Shown here piece by piece: positions 19,821-30,116 of a stretch of DNA of 64,000 nucleotides. The notes under the pieces are model-generated. The model saw nothing but the letters and a program-made list of their open reading frames with translations. It was not told the DNA's origin and made no database searches. A program made the translations under genes and the position numbers. Each line of letters opens with the position of its first letter. The stretch's first letter is position 1. This DNA comes from Chitinophaga pinensis (GTDB lineage Bacteria; Bacteroidota; Bacteroidia; UKL13-3): the NCBI GenBank assembly GCA_943372215.1, contig CALRXU020000004.1, positions 62,115 to 126,114 on the forward strand, in the 5' to 3' direction.

Positions 19821-20978
19821 ATGCTTGCGTCAACTAAAAACCTTCCAATGAACGAAATGCCTCTTATGAAAGAGACCGAAGGCATTGTTCTATTCTACCC
19901 CAATGTTCCTAAAGAATCTATTAATTTAGTTACAAACGTGCTGCAATCTAGGTGGATTGGGCAAGGGCCACGCGTAGAAGAATTTGAGCAAATGTTTGAA
20001 GCCCGTTTTGCACCAAATGGCAAAGCCCTTTCAGTAGGTTCAGGCACAGATGCCCTGCACCTTTCGTACATTTTGGCTGACTTAAAACCTGGTGATGAAA
20101 TTGCAGTACCCGTATTTACCTGCACAGCCACCAATATTCCTTTTTTATACATGGGTTGTGTAATTCGTTTTGTGGATGTTGACCCGAATACACTTAACAT
20201 CAACATTAACCACCTAAAGGAAGTGGTAAATGAAAAAACAAAAGCCATTGTATGTGTGCATTATGGCGGATTGCCTTGCGATATGGACGAAATACAGGCT
20301 ATTGCCGATCAATATGGTATTCCGGTAATTGAAGATGCAGCGCATGCCCTTGGAGCCACTTATAAAGGCAGAAGCATTGGCGAAATTTCAGATTTTACCA
20401 TGTTTTCGTTTCAGGCCATTAAGCACATTACCACTGGTGATGGTGGTATGGTTACCATGAAAAATAAAGAATTGGCTAAAAAAGGAGCTCGGGTGCGCTG
20501 GTTTGGCATTGACCGCGAAAACAAACAACGCGGTATTTGGGAGAACGACATTACAGAGGTAGGGTATAAATACCAAATGACAGACATTGCCGCTGCAATG
20601 GGCATAGCAGGTTTAAATACTTTTGATGAGGTGCTTGCGCACAGGAAAAAGTTGCTTGTAGCTTATGAACAAGGATTAGAAGGTGTTTCAGGAATTTCTT
20701 TTATTGGAAAGGGATATACTGATAGAGAACATGCGGCCTGGCTTTGCACAGCAATGGTTGAAGATCGTGTGGGGCTAATGAATAAACTGAGGCACCAAAA
20801 GATAGAATCGGCTCAGGTGCATTACCGAAACGACAGGTACAGTATCTTTGGTGGAAGAAGAGACGACCTTCCCAATATGGATGCCATTGAGGACAAATAT
20901 TTGGTGTTGCCATTGCACCCCAAATTAGGAATAACCGATGTAAATTATATTTGCAACGTAATTAAGCAAGGTTGGTAA
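19821..20978 (+). CDS. DegT/DnrJ/EryC1/StrS family sugar aminotransferase
   Basis: SGTDALHL, VHYGG, IEDAAHA and SFQAIKHITTGDGG (PLP lysine); start uncertain (19821, 19848 or 19857). Confidence 0.92.
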   Translation: MLASTKNLPMNEMPLMKETEGIVLFYPNVPKESINLVTNVLQSRWIGQGPRVEEFEQMFEARFAPNGKALSVGSGTDALHLSYILADLKPGDEIAVPVFTCTATNIPFLYMGCVIRFVDVDPNTLNININHLKEVVNEKTKAIVCVHYGGLPCDMDEIQAIADQYGIPVIEDAAHALGATYKGRSIGEISDFTMFSFQAIKHITTGDGGMVTMKNKELAKKGARVRWFGIDRENKQRGIWENDITEVGYKYQMTDIAAAMGIAGLNTFDEVLAHRKKLLVAYEQGLEGVSGISFIGKGYTDREHAAWLCTAMVEDRVGLMNKLRHQKIESAQVHYRNDRYSIFGGRRDDLPNMDAIEDKYLVLPLHPKLGITDVNYICNVIKQGW

Positions 20979-21865
20979 TGATAAAAGTAAGTCAATTTCA
21001 CAAACGTACCCTTGATTTCAAGCCAGTATTTACAATTCTTATTCCAACTTGGAATAACTTGCCGTATTTACAAAATTGCATCAAAAGCATTGAAAAAAAC
21101 TCCAACTACAAACACCAGATTGTCATTCATATTAATCACGGTGAAGATGGTACGTTAGAATGGGTGAAAAAACATGGTTATGATTACACCTTTGCAGAAG
21201 CCAATGCGGGTGTATGTTATGCATTTAATGCAGCCTCTGCTTTAGCTGAATCTGAACTTATTGTATTGAGTGATGATGACATGTATTACTGTCCGGGTTG
21301 GGATACTCCCTTGTTGAATGAAGTCAATGCCATAGATCATATTTATTTTTGTATTAATGGAACCGCAATAGAGCCAAGAGATTCAGGAAACTCCTGTGTA
21401 ATAGCACCGCAAAATTTCGGAAAAACCATAGAAGAATTTAACGAAGAAGAACTGCTGAAACAATACCATACTTTTTCCTTTAAAAACTGGACAGGAGGTA
21501 ATTGGTATCCCATGGTTTTACATCGGTACGTGTGGCAGCTAATTGGCGGGTTAAGCATAGAGTTTAGTCCAGGTATGGGTTCAGACCCTGATATGATGAT
21601 GAAACTGTGGCATGCGGGAGTAAGGTACTATAAAGGTGTAGAATCAAGCAGGGTGTACCACTTTATGTCGCGCAGTGTAAGCCGAATAAAAAAGAACAAC
21701 GGCCCTAAACAGTTCTTGCACAAATGGAACATATCTATTGGAACCTTGTTTAAATTTTACCTCAAATTTGGGGGTGATTTTAAAGGGGCACTAACAGAGC
21801 CCGTAATGGACAGCAAACTAAAAATGCGGCTATTAAAAGATAAGTTTAAGCGAAGAATTTCTTAA
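20972..21865 (+). CDS. Glycosyltransferase family 2
   Basis: ILIPTWNN, SDDDMY DxD motif, PGMGSDPD and VYHF; overlaps the upstream stop. Confidence 0.85.
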   Translation: MVMIKVSQFHKRTLDFKPVFTILIPTWNNLPYLQNCIKSIEKNSNYKHQIVIHINHGEDGTLEWVKKHGYDYTFAEANAGVCYAFNAASALAESELIVLSDDDMYYCPGWDTPLLNEVNAIDHIYFCINGTAIEPRDSGNSCVIAPQNFGKTIEEFNEEELLKQYHTFSFKNWTGGNWYPMVLHRYVWQLIGGLSIEFSPGMGSDPDMMMKLWHAGVRYYKGVESSRVYHFMSRSVSRIKKNNGPKQFLHKWNISIGTLFKFYLKFGGDFKGALTEPVMDSKLKMRLLKDKFKRRIS

Positions 21866-21921
21866 TATTTAAGCACAGTGCTTAAATCAGCCAAACACGT
21901 ACATTTGTACCATTACTTATT

Positions 21922-22824
21922 GTGCCGAATTGGAATAGTTACATAAAAGGCTTTAAAGCCTATTTGCAGTTAGAAAAATCACTCGCAAAAAACAGCATAG
22001 AAGCGTATCAGCGAGACATGGAAAAACTAATGCAGTTTTTTGAGGTAAAAGGAATTAGCCCCCAGCCTCAGGAAGTAAACCTAAGCACTTTAAGGGAATT
22101 TTTGCGCTGGATAACGGAATTGGGTATGACGGCAACCAGTCAGGCACGCATACTTAGTGGGATTAAAGCATTTTACAAGTACCTGATGTTGGAGGATATG
22201 ATTACCAAAAATCCAGCAGAATTATTGGAGTCGCCAAAACTTAAACGGAAACTACCCGAGGTGCTTGATTTGCATGAAATAGATCAGATGGTGGCCGTTA
22301 TTGACCACAGCAAACCAGAGGGCATGCGAAACAAAGCCATGATAGAAACCATGTTTAGTTGTGGGCTAAGGGCCAGTGAAGCAGTAGGGTTAAAATTTTC
22401 TGACATCTCATTCACTGATGAGTTTGTACGCATATTGGGCAAAGGCAACAAAGAGCGGTTGGTTCCCATTGGTGGTGTAGCACTTAAGGCCATCGTGATG
22501 TACAGAGACCTTGTGAGGTCTCACATCACCACACAAACTGGTCATCACGATACAGTTTTTTTAAACGCCCGTGGTAAAGGAATAAGCAGGGTTATGTTGT
22601 TTTATATCATTAAAGATTTGGCTAAAAAAGCAGGCATAACCAAAAGCATTTCACCCCATACGTTACGCCATTCTTTTGCGACTTGTTTGGTTGAAGCAGG
22701 CGCTGATTTAAGGGCCGTGCAACAAATGCTGGGGCACGAAAGCATTACCACCACCGAAATTTACACCCACATTGATAGGGCTTACCTACAAGATGTAATT
22801 ACTCAGTTTCACCCAAGAAGCTAA
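21922..22824 (+). CDS. xerD: Site-specific tyrosine recombinase XerD
   Basis: GLRASE, GKGNKER, HTLRHSFAT, LGHESITTTEIYTH and terminal HPR; GTG start. Confidence 0.92.
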   Translation: MPNWNSYIKGFKAYLQLEKSLAKNSIEAYQRDMEKLMQFFEVKGISPQPQEVNLSTLREFLRWITELGMTATSQARILSGIKAFYKYLMLEDMITKNPAELLESPKLKRKLPEVLDLHEIDQMVAVIDHSKPEGMRNKAMIETMFSCGLRASEAVGLKFSDISFTDEFVRILGKGNKERLVPIGGVALKAIVMYRDLVRSHITTQTGHHDTVFLNARGKGISRVMLFYIIKDLAKKAGITKSISPHTLRHSFATCLVEAGADLRAVQQMLGHESITTTEIYTHIDRAYLQDVITQFHPRS

Positions 22825-22965
22825 TTATCCAGACTTAATGCAGTAAACAAGGCTTGTTATAAGCGTCTTGCAAGGTGTGTAAGGGGTTGAAATACCAAAA
22901 CAATAAATCATTGCTAAAAATAATTAAATTCGCCACATCTCTTATTTATTAAAACCAGTATAGTA

Positions 22966-24045
22966 ATGAAATTAGTAGCTTTAAACGATTTGCATGTTTC
23001 CTTAGGTGCCAAAATGATTGAATTTGCAGGTTACAACATGCCTGTTTTATACAACAACCTCATACAAGAACATTTGGCAGTGCGCAACAGTGTTGGTGTG
23101 TTTGATGTAAGCCACATGGGCGAGTTTTTATTAAAGGGTGAAAAAGCACTGGATTTAATACAGTTGGTTACCAGCAATGATGCATCGAAACTTACAGATG
23201 GTAAAGTACAGTATAGCTGTTTGCCAAATGAGCAAGGTGGAATTGTAGACGACTTATTGGTGTATCGTTACAAGGCTGATGAGTATTACCTGGTGGTAAA
23301 TGCCTCAAACATTGAAAAGGACTGGAATTGGATAAGCAAACACAATACGTTTGGTGTGGAGATGCAAAACTTAAGTGATGGCATGAGCTTATTGGCTGTA
23401 CAAGGGCCAAATGCCATTAAAGCCTTACAAAAAATCACCGAAGTAAACCTTGGTGAAATGGAGTATTATACATTTACCATGGGCAAACTTGGGGGCATTG
23501 ATGGGGTAATTATATCAAATACAGGATACACTGGTGCAGGAGGTTTTGAGTTGTATGTAAGCAATGCAGATGCCCGCAAATTATGGGATGCTGTGTTTGA
23601 AGCCGGTGCGGAATACAACATTATGCCCGCAGGTTTAGGAGCCAGAGATACCCTACGTTTGGAAAAAGGTTTTTGTTTGTATGGCAATGACATTAATGAT
23701 GAAACTTCACCCATTGAAGCAGGTCTTGGTTGGATAACCAAATTTACCAAACCTTTTATCATGTCAGAACACCACAAAGCCATTAAAGAAAATGGTCCTG
23801 TAAAAAAACTTGTTGGCTTTGAAATGTTAGAGCGTGGTGGAATACCTCGTCAGCACCACATTATTAAAGATGCAATAGGAAATGTAATTGGGGAAGTAAC
23901 TTCTGGTACGCAATCACCAAGCTTAAACAAGGCCATTGGTTTGGGTTATGTTACTGCTGCCAATAGCAAAGTAGATACAGAAATATTTATAGAAATTAGG
24001 GAAAAGCAGATTAAAGCCAAAGTGGTAAAAATTCCATTTTTGTAA
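22966..24045 (+). CDS. gcvT: Glycine cleavage system aminomethyltransferase T
   Basis: FDVSHMGE, TGYTGAGGFE and GLGARDTLRLE motifs. Confidence 0.97.
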   Translation: MKLVALNDLHVSLGAKMIEFAGYNMPVLYNNLIQEHLAVRNSVGVFDVSHMGEFLLKGEKALDLIQLVTSNDASKLTDGKVQYSCLPNEQGGIVDDLLVYRYKADEYYLVVNASNIEKDWNWISKHNTFGVEMQNLSDGMSLLAVQGPNAIKALQKITEVNLGEMEYYTFTMGKLGGIDGVIISNTGYTGAGGFELYVSNADARKLWDAVFEAGAEYNIMPAGLGARDTLRLEKGFCLYGNDINDETSPIEAGLGWITKFTKPFIMSEHHKAIKENGPVKKLVGFEMLERGGIPRQHHIIKDAIGNVIGEVTSGTQSPSLNKAIGLGYVTAANSKVDTEIFIEIREKQIKAKVVKIPFL

Positions 24046-24057
24046 TAAAAACATAAC

Positions 24058-24396
24058 ATGTTTAAGTACATTCCATTTGTATTGGTATTTGGTTGGTGTT
24101 ATTGGGCCAGTGCACAAAACTTGCCCAAGAAGTTTGCATCAATTAAACTGGGAACCAGCGAAAGTGATGTGGTTAAACAACTAGGTAATCCTGATAAAAT
24201 AGAACGTTTTGTTACTGTAAAAAATAACACATTCGATACCAGTAAATACTGGCGTTATCAGGGTGATATTACCATTGTTTTTACCAATCATGCCGTTTCT
24301 GCAATTCAGCCCAAATGGGAAAATGTGTTAAAGCATATTCAACAATATGCCAATCGCAAAGATGAAGAAGGCATTAAAATTATAACAGGTGAGTAG
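24058..24396 (+). CDS. Exported hypothetical protein, SmpA/BamE-like motif
   Basis: Signal peptide; IKLGTSESDVVKQLGNPD...YWRY. Confidence 0.6.
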   Translation: MFKYIPFVLVFGWCYWASAQNLPKKFASIKLGTSESDVVKQLGNPDKIERFVTVKNNTFDTSKYWRYQGDITIVFTNHAVSAIQPKWENVLKHIQQYANRKDEEGIKIITGE

Positions 24397-25123
24397 AAAA
24401 ATTGAAGTGGTATTAACCCCCGCATTGTTGCACTTGTATCAGGTGCAGCATAAAAATGTGGTAATTATAGATATACTTAGAGCAACCAGCAGCATTTGTG
24501 TGGCTTTTTACGGTGGAGTAAATAAAATATTGCCCGTGTCTACACCAGAAGAGTGCATGATGTTTAAAGACTTTGATTTTTTATGCGCTGCGGAAAGAAA
24601 TGCCGTAAAACTACCTGGATTCGATATGGGGAATTCGCCATTTGAATTTCAAAACCCATTGTTAAAAGAAAGAAACATTGCTTTTACCACCACCAACGGA
24701 ACAAAAGCCATTAAACAAAGTAAAGAACTGGGCGCAGGAAAAATAATCATCGGTAGTTTTTTAAACTTAGAGGCGCTGGTAAGTTGGTTAAAACAACAAC
24801 CGGAAGATGTAATCCTGTTATGTGCAGGTTGGAAAGACAAGGCCAATTTAGAAGATTCCTTGTTTGCGGGTGCATTGGTTCATGCATTAAAAGATGAGTT
24901 TACAACTACATGCGATTCAGCATTAATGGCTGCTACTTTATACACCACCATGCAACATGATTTAGAGGGTTATGTGCGATTGTCATCACATGCCAACAGG
25001 TTTAAAGCACTGCATGCAGCCGAAGATGATGTGCGATTTTGCGTGCAAATGAATTCAGCTCCGGCACTGCCAATTATGCAAGGCGAATATTTGGTCAATG
25101 CGCTTACAACGGCTTCTATTTAA
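24389..25123 (+). CDS. comB: 2-phosphosulfolactate phosphatase family protein
   Basis: IDILRATS, GNSP, TTTNGT and LEDSLFAG motifs; GTG start. Confidence 0.9.
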   Translation: MSRKIEVVLTPALLHLYQVQHKNVVIIDILRATSSICVAFYGGVNKILPVSTPEECMMFKDFDFLCAAERNAVKLPGFDMGNSPFEFQNPLLKERNIAFTTTNGTKAIKQSKELGAGKIIIGSFLNLEALVSWLKQQPEDVILLCAGWKDKANLEDSLFAGALVHALKDEFTTTCDSALMAATLYTTMQHDLEGYVRLSSHANRFKALHAAEDDVRFCVQMNSAPALPIMQGEYLVNALTTASI

Positions 25124-25203
25124 CTGCATGCTACCCAATATGAATTGCTAAACTTTTTTTAACCAAATGCGTTTTTTTTCAATCACTATTTAATATCCAT
25201 TGT

Positions 25204-26175
25204 TTGAAGACATATCAAGAACTTTATGTTTTAGTTGAGCAGGAAATAGCTCATTTGAAGTACGATAAAAAGCCGGATGAACTCTACCAGCCAATAGAGT
25301 ATATGCTTTCATTGGGAGGCAAACGCTTGCGCCCAGTACTGGTGCTAATGGCCGCTGATATGTTTGGTTTTGATATTCAAAAAGCCTTGCCTACAGCCTT
25401 AGCGGTTGAGGTTTTTCACAACTTTACTCTGGTACACGATGATATCATGGATCATGCAGACATTAGAAGAGGCAAACCAACAGTTCATAAAAAATGGAAT
25501 GAGCCGGTTGCTATTTTATCAGGTGATTTGATGATGATAAAGGCAATGGATTTATTGTGTGAAACAGACATTGACCCAATACGCCCATTGATTAGTTTAT
25601 TCAATAAAACAGCTGCTGAAGTGTGCGAAGGACAACAGCTTGATATGAATTTTGAGTCTGTAGCAGCGGTAACTGAACAGCAATATATTGAAATGATTAC
25701 CCTAAAAACAGCCGTTTTATTGGGATGCAGTTTGCAGTTGGGAGCAATGGTGGCAGGAGCATCAACAGCAGACCAAATTCATATATACGAGTTTGGTAAG
25801 AATATGGGTGTGGCTTTTCAAATACAAGATGATATTTTAGATAGTTTTGGTGAAGGAGATAAAGTGGGAAAAAAAATAGGTGGTGATATCGCTGCCAATA
25901 AAAAAACATTGTTATTAATTGAGGCCCTGCAAAGTGCAAAGGATGATGATTTGGTGGCCATAAAAAACTGGCTCACTATTACTAACAAAGAGCAAGAGAA
26001 AATAAATTCCGTACTTGATATTTACAATAAGTATGATGTAAGGGGCAAGGCAGAGCGTTTAAAAGAGCATTACTTAAAATTGGCTTTTGAACACCTAAGT
26101 AAGCTAAGTGTATCTGCCGAAAATAGCAGCGTGCTAAAACAAACGGCCATTGATTTAATGGAGCGAATGAGTTAG
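25204..26175 (+). CDS. Polyprenyl diphosphate synthase (IspA/GGPP synthase family)
   Basis: GGKRLRP, HDDIMD..RRG, GQQLD and FQIQDDILD motifs; TTG start. Confidence 0.93.
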   Translation: MKTYQELYVLVEQEIAHLKYDKKPDELYQPIEYMLSLGGKRLRPVLVLMAADMFGFDIQKALPTALAVEVFHNFTLVHDDIMDHADIRRGKPTVHKKWNEPVAILSGDLMMIKAMDLLCETDIDPIRPLISLFNKTAAEVCEGQQLDMNFESVAAVTEQQYIEMITLKTAVLLGCSLQLGAMVAGASTADQIHIYEFGKNMGVAFQIQDDILDSFGEGDKVGKKIGGDIAANKKTLLLIEALQSAKDDDLVAIKNWLTITNKEQEKINSVLDIYNKYDVRGKAERLKEHYLKLAFEHLSKLSVSAENSSVLKQTAIDLMERMS

Positions 26176-26210
26176 TTATTTCAGTAAAAGCAAAAATTTA
26201 CCTTTCACAT

Positions 26211-26240
26211 TCAAGCACATCCAGCTTGAGGTGTTTTTTT
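26211..26240 (+). terminator. Probable terminator of the gcvT-polyprenyl synthase unit
   Basis: Imperfect hairpin followed by T7. Confidence 0.45.
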
Positions 26241-26290
26241 ACCTGATGGTTTAAGTTTGAAACGATATCATCGCGCCAAATTTATAAAAC

Positions 26291-28099
26291 ATGAAGGCAG
26301 GCTTAGCTTTATTAATTGCTGGACTAAACTTATTTGGATATGCTGCCCAGGCACAAACCGATTCCGTATTATTGGATGATGCAATGGTTACCAGCAACAG
26401 GATAATCCGTTCACTTAATCAATCCGCACAAAGTATTCATGTGCTTCAAAAAAAGGAAATAAACAGTTTACCGGGAACTGTTCCAGCTGAATGGTTGGGC
26501 AATGTAAGTGGTGTTGATATCAGGCAACGTGGTCCACTGGGTGTTCAAGCTGATTTGGGCATTCGTGGAGGTTCATTTGATCAGAGTTTGGTGCTGCTAA
26601 ATGGAATGAAACTGAGCGACCCTCAAACCGGGCATCATTTGTTTAACCTGCCACTTACTTCAGCGGCCATCGAACAAATTGAGGTAACAAAAACTTCAGC
26701 ATCACGCCAATATGGAATAAATGCGTTAACAGGAGCGGTAAACTTTGTTACCAAAGTGCCAGAAAAAAACATGGTTTACCTAGGTGCTTATGGGGGTGAT
26801 TTTGGCCTTTATGGGGTGCAGGCTGGTGTGGCATTTACTCAAAAAAAGGTTGGGCAGCATATTTCGTATGCCAAATCGGCTTCCAATGGATATAACAGAA
26901 ATACGGATTTTAACACGTCCCAGTTGTTTTATCAGGCCACTATAAAAGGTAAAAAATCAAGTGTAAATTTTATTGGCGGTTATACTGATAGAGCTTTTGG
27001 GGCAGCGGGTTTTTATGTGCTTAACTCATCTGAATATGAGCACCTAAAAACAGCTTTTGGTGGCATACAATACCAAGTAAAATGGAATAGGCTCAGCATC
27101 AAAGCCCAAACCTACTACCGTTACAATCAAGATCATTACATCTTTTTACGCGATAATCCGCAGGTGTTTCAAAACAGGCACTTTTCGCACGTTGCAGGTG
27201 CTGAGTTGCATGCAACTTACACAACAAGTTTAGGCATAACTGGTGTAGGTATTGATAGCCGAACAGAACAGTTAAGAAGCAATAACTTAGGTACGCGTGA
27301 ACGCACCATCAATGGATTGTTTGCTGAACATCGGTTTTCGTTCTTTGGCAAAAAAGTATTGGTAACGCCAGGTGTTTATATAAACCAGTATAATGGAAGT
27401 CAGGTGGCCGCATTTCCAGGTATTGACGCCAGTTATGCGTTTAAAAGTGGATGGGTATTTTTTGCCGCAGCAGATAAAGGGATGCGTTTGCCAACTTATA
27501 CTGATTTGTATTATCAAGGTCCAAGCAATACAGGTAACCCTGATTTAAAGCCCGAAGAAGCTTTTTCTACTGAGGTTGGCATAAAATGGACAAAAGGCAG
27601 GGCTTTTGCTTCAATAGCTGCATTTAACCGTAACTCAGCAAACCTAATTGATTGGGCAAAAACAGATGCTACACAAAAATGGAAGCCACTTAACGTTAAT
27701 GAGGTTACTTTTAAGGGCATAGAAACCAATGCAGGCATAACCTTAAAAGGCTTGTTAAAGCGAGCTGCAATGGGCTATACCTATATTGATGCCAATATCA
27801 ATCAAACAGAAAACTACCTAAGTAGGTATGCTTTAACCCATATTCGTCATCAAATAACTGGAAATGTGGCACTCAAATGGTGGAAACAATTGGAACAAAC
27901 CTTAACAATCAGGCACATTAATCGGGTAACCCTAACTGATTATACCCTTATTGACACCAAGCTAATGTATAGTTTTAAACAATTTACCGCTTATACCGAA
28001 GTAACTAATGTGTTTGATGTAAGCTATATAGAGGCTGGATTTGTAAATATGCCAGGCCGTTGGTATAAGTTAGGGTTTATTTATGAATTTAATTATTAG
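26291..28099 (+). CDS. TonB-dependent receptor (BtuB-like plug plus barrel)
   Basis: Signal peptide, IRGGSFDQSLVLLNG plug, GNPDLKPE and PGRWY motifs. Confidence 0.9.
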   Translation: MKAGLALLIAGLNLFGYAAQAQTDSVLLDDAMVTSNRIIRSLNQSAQSIHVLQKKEINSLPGTVPAEWLGNVSGVDIRQRGPLGVQADLGIRGGSFDQSLVLLNGMKLSDPQTGHHLFNLPLTSAAIEQIEVTKTSASRQYGINALTGAVNFVTKVPEKNMVYLGAYGGDFGLYGVQAGVAFTQKKVGQHISYAKSASNGYNRNTDFNTSQLFYQATIKGKKSSVNFIGGYTDRAFGAAGFYVLNSSEYEHLKTAFGGIQYQVKWNRLSIKAQTYYRYNQDHYIFLRDNPQVFQNRHFSHVAGAELHATYTTSLGITGVGIDSRTEQLRSNNLGTRERTINGLFAEHRFSFFGKKVLVTPGVYINQYNGSQVAAFPGIDASYAFKSGWVFFAAADKGMRLPTYTDLYYQGPSNTGNPDLKPEEAFSTEVGIKWTKGRAFASIAAFNRNSANLIDWAKTDATQKWKPLNVNEVTFKGIETNAGITLKGLLKRAAMGYTYIDANINQTENYLSRYALTHIRHQITGNVALKWWKQLEQTLTIRHINRVTLTDYTLIDTKLMYSFKQFTAYTEVTNVFDVSYIEAGFVNMPGRWYKLGFIYEFNY

Positions 28100-28185
28100 A
28101 CAATTTTAACTTTGAGTAGCTTAAGTCAATACAATTATTATTTTTGCTTGATTAAATTGTTTAAACATTATTATCAGATAAAAAT

Positions 28186-29433
28186 ATGGCAGAAGTAATA
28201 CGCATGCCCAAGATGAGCGATACCATGACAGAAGGGGTAATTGTATCATGGCTAAAAAAAGTAGGCGATGATATAAAACCTGGAGATATTTTGGCAGAGG
28301 TAGAAACAGATAAAGCCACCATGGAGCTTGAAAACTATGTTAAAGGCACCTTGTTACACATTGGAATAGAAGCTGGAGGTAGCGTTCCGGTAGATGCGGT
28401 GATTGCTATTGTAGGCCAAAAGGGCGAAGACGTGAGTGCCTTTTTAGCTAATTCGCCTGCAACGGCTTCAGCTACTGTGGAAGCACCAAAACAGGAAACA
28501 CCTGTAGTTGAAACCAAAAGCCAACCTGTGGTAGAAAATGCAACCGCTGATAGCCGTTTAAAGGCATCTCCTTTGGCTAAAAAAATAGCTGATGACAAAG
28601 GGATTGACTTAAGCAAAATAAGCGGAAGTGGTGATCAGGGACGTATCGTTAAACGTGATGTGGAGAGCTTTACCCCTGCAACGGGTGCTTCCACTGCTGC
28701 GGTAAATGCAGAGGCGAAACAACCTGTATCTTTACCTGCTGTTGTTGGTGAAGAAAGTTACCATGAGGTAAATGTATCTCAAATGCGCAAAGCCATTGCC
28801 CGCAGGTTAAGCGAAAGCAAACACACTGCACCGCATTTTTATTTAACCATGAGTATTAACATGGATAAAGTAAATGAGGCTCGTAAAGCAATGTTGGATT
28901 ACAGCCCGGTTAAAATTTCAGTAAACGATATTATTATCAAAGCCGTTGCGGCTTCGTTGCGCAAACACCCAGACGTAAACACATCATGGTTAGGTGATAA
29001 AATCAGGTACAACCACCACATCCATGTTGGGGTGGCTGTTGCTATTGAGGATGGGCTGATTGTTCCGGTAATTAAGTTTGCTGACAATAAAAGTTTATCG
29101 CACATTAGTGCAGAGGTAAAAGACCTTGCAAGCAGGGCTAAAATAAAAAAATTACAGCCCCATGAGTTTGAAGGAAATACCTTTACCATCTCCAATTTGG
29201 GCATGTTTGGTATAGATCAGTTTACGGCAATTATCAATCCGCCTGATGCCTGTATATTGGCTATTGGGGCATCTAAAGAAACACCTATTGTAGAAAACGG
29301 CCAAATAAAAATTGGCAGCGTAATGAAAGTAACGTTAAGTTGTGATCACCGAGCTGTTGATGGTGCGGTTGGTTCAGCTTTCTTACAAACACTGAAAGAA
29401 CTGTTAGAAAATCCGGTTAAATTGTTGGTTTAA
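28186..29433 (+). CDS. pdhC: Pyruvate dehydrogenase E2 dihydrolipoamide acetyltransferase (one lipoyl domain)
   Basis: ETDKAT lipoyl site, ASPLAKK E3-binding domain and DHRAVDG catalytic motif. Confidence 0.95.
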   Translation: MAEVIRMPKMSDTMTEGVIVSWLKKVGDDIKPGDILAEVETDKATMELENYVKGTLLHIGIEAGGSVPVDAVIAIVGQKGEDVSAFLANSPATASATVEAPKQETPVVETKSQPVVENATADSRLKASPLAKKIADDKGIDLSKISGSGDQGRIVKRDVESFTPATGASTAAVNAEAKQPVSLPAVVGEESYHEVNVSQMRKAIARRLSESKHTAPHFYLTMSINMDKVNEARKAMLDYSPVKISVNDIIIKAVAASLRKHPDVNTSWLGDKIRYNHHIHVGVAVAIEDGLIVPVIKFADNKSLSHISAEVKDLASRAKIKKLQPHEFEGNTFTISNLGMFGIDQFTAIINPPDACILAIGASKETPIVENGQIKIGSVMKVTLSCDHRAVDGAVGSAFLQTLKELLENPVKLLV

Positions 29434-29445
29434 TGCAATAGTGAT

Positions 29446-30111
29446 ATGGTATTCAGGTTGGTTTTTTTAGTAGGTATTGTGCTATTTAAACCAATGGCAA
29501 GTTTTGGCCAGGATACCATTTATAGGATGAATGGTGATACCGTTTTTGCTAAAGTAATTGGTGTTAATGCAGAAGATGTTAAGTACAAAAAAGACGGAAA
29601 TATATCCGGGCCTACTTATACCATCTTGCGTTCAACGGTAAAATCCATCAGCTATAAAAATGGAACTACCATAAGTATTGATGGGAAACAAGGTGAAGCC
29701 ATAGCAACTGTGCCAGATACTTCCAGCTTGGTTATCCTTCCAGTGCAAGAACAACCAGATTTGGTTTTGCCAGACACTTCCGCTACCACATTGGTTGATG
29801 AGAGTTATTCTTTAAACGGCCGAGACGATGCCAAGGCATATTATAAAAAATATAAAATGGCTGCGGCCCTTACGCTAACAATCAGCTTATTATCACCTTT
29901 AGTTGGATTGGTGCCAGCTTTCACTTGCTCAGTAAAGTCTCCGGCTGAAACCAATTTGGGTTATCCTGATGATAAGATGGCTAAAAACCAAACTTATACA
30001 AAAGCTTATGCTAAAGAGGCCAATAAAATAAAACAAACCAAAGTTTGGACAGGATGGGCCATTGGCCTTGCGGTTAACTATGGCTTAAGTATTTTATTAT
30101 TTGGGAATTAG
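29446..30111 (+). CDS. Exported/membrane hypothetical protein
   Basis: Signal peptide, QDTIYRMNGDTVFAKV N-terminal domain and hydrophobic C-terminal helices. Confidence 0.7.
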   Translation: MVFRLVFLVGIVLFKPMASFGQDTIYRMNGDTVFAKVIGVNAEDVKYKKDGNISGPTYTILRSTVKSISYKNGTTISIDGKQGEAIATVPDTSSLVILPVQEQPDLVLPDTSATTLVDESYSLNGRDDAKAYYKKYKMAAALTLTISLLSPLVGLVPAFTCSVKSPAETNLGYPDDKMAKNQTYTKAYAKEANKIKQTKVWTGWAIGLAVNYGLSILLFGN

Positions 30112-30116
30112 CGGAG

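Noticed and set aside
21922-22824. Tyrosine recombinase as a phage or island integrase
   Set aside because: Length and motifs match housekeeping XerD; no tRNA/att site or mobile genes nearby
24389-25123. Coenzyme M biosynthesis implied by comB
   Set aside because: Stand-alone ComB-family phosphatases are widespread in bacteria, and no other com genes are present
26199-26290. Possible riboswitch or attenuator before the BtuB-like receptor
   Set aside because: No cobalamin or TPP consensus; the hairpin plus T7 is more simply the upstream terminator, and a promoter-like TATCATCG lies downstream of it
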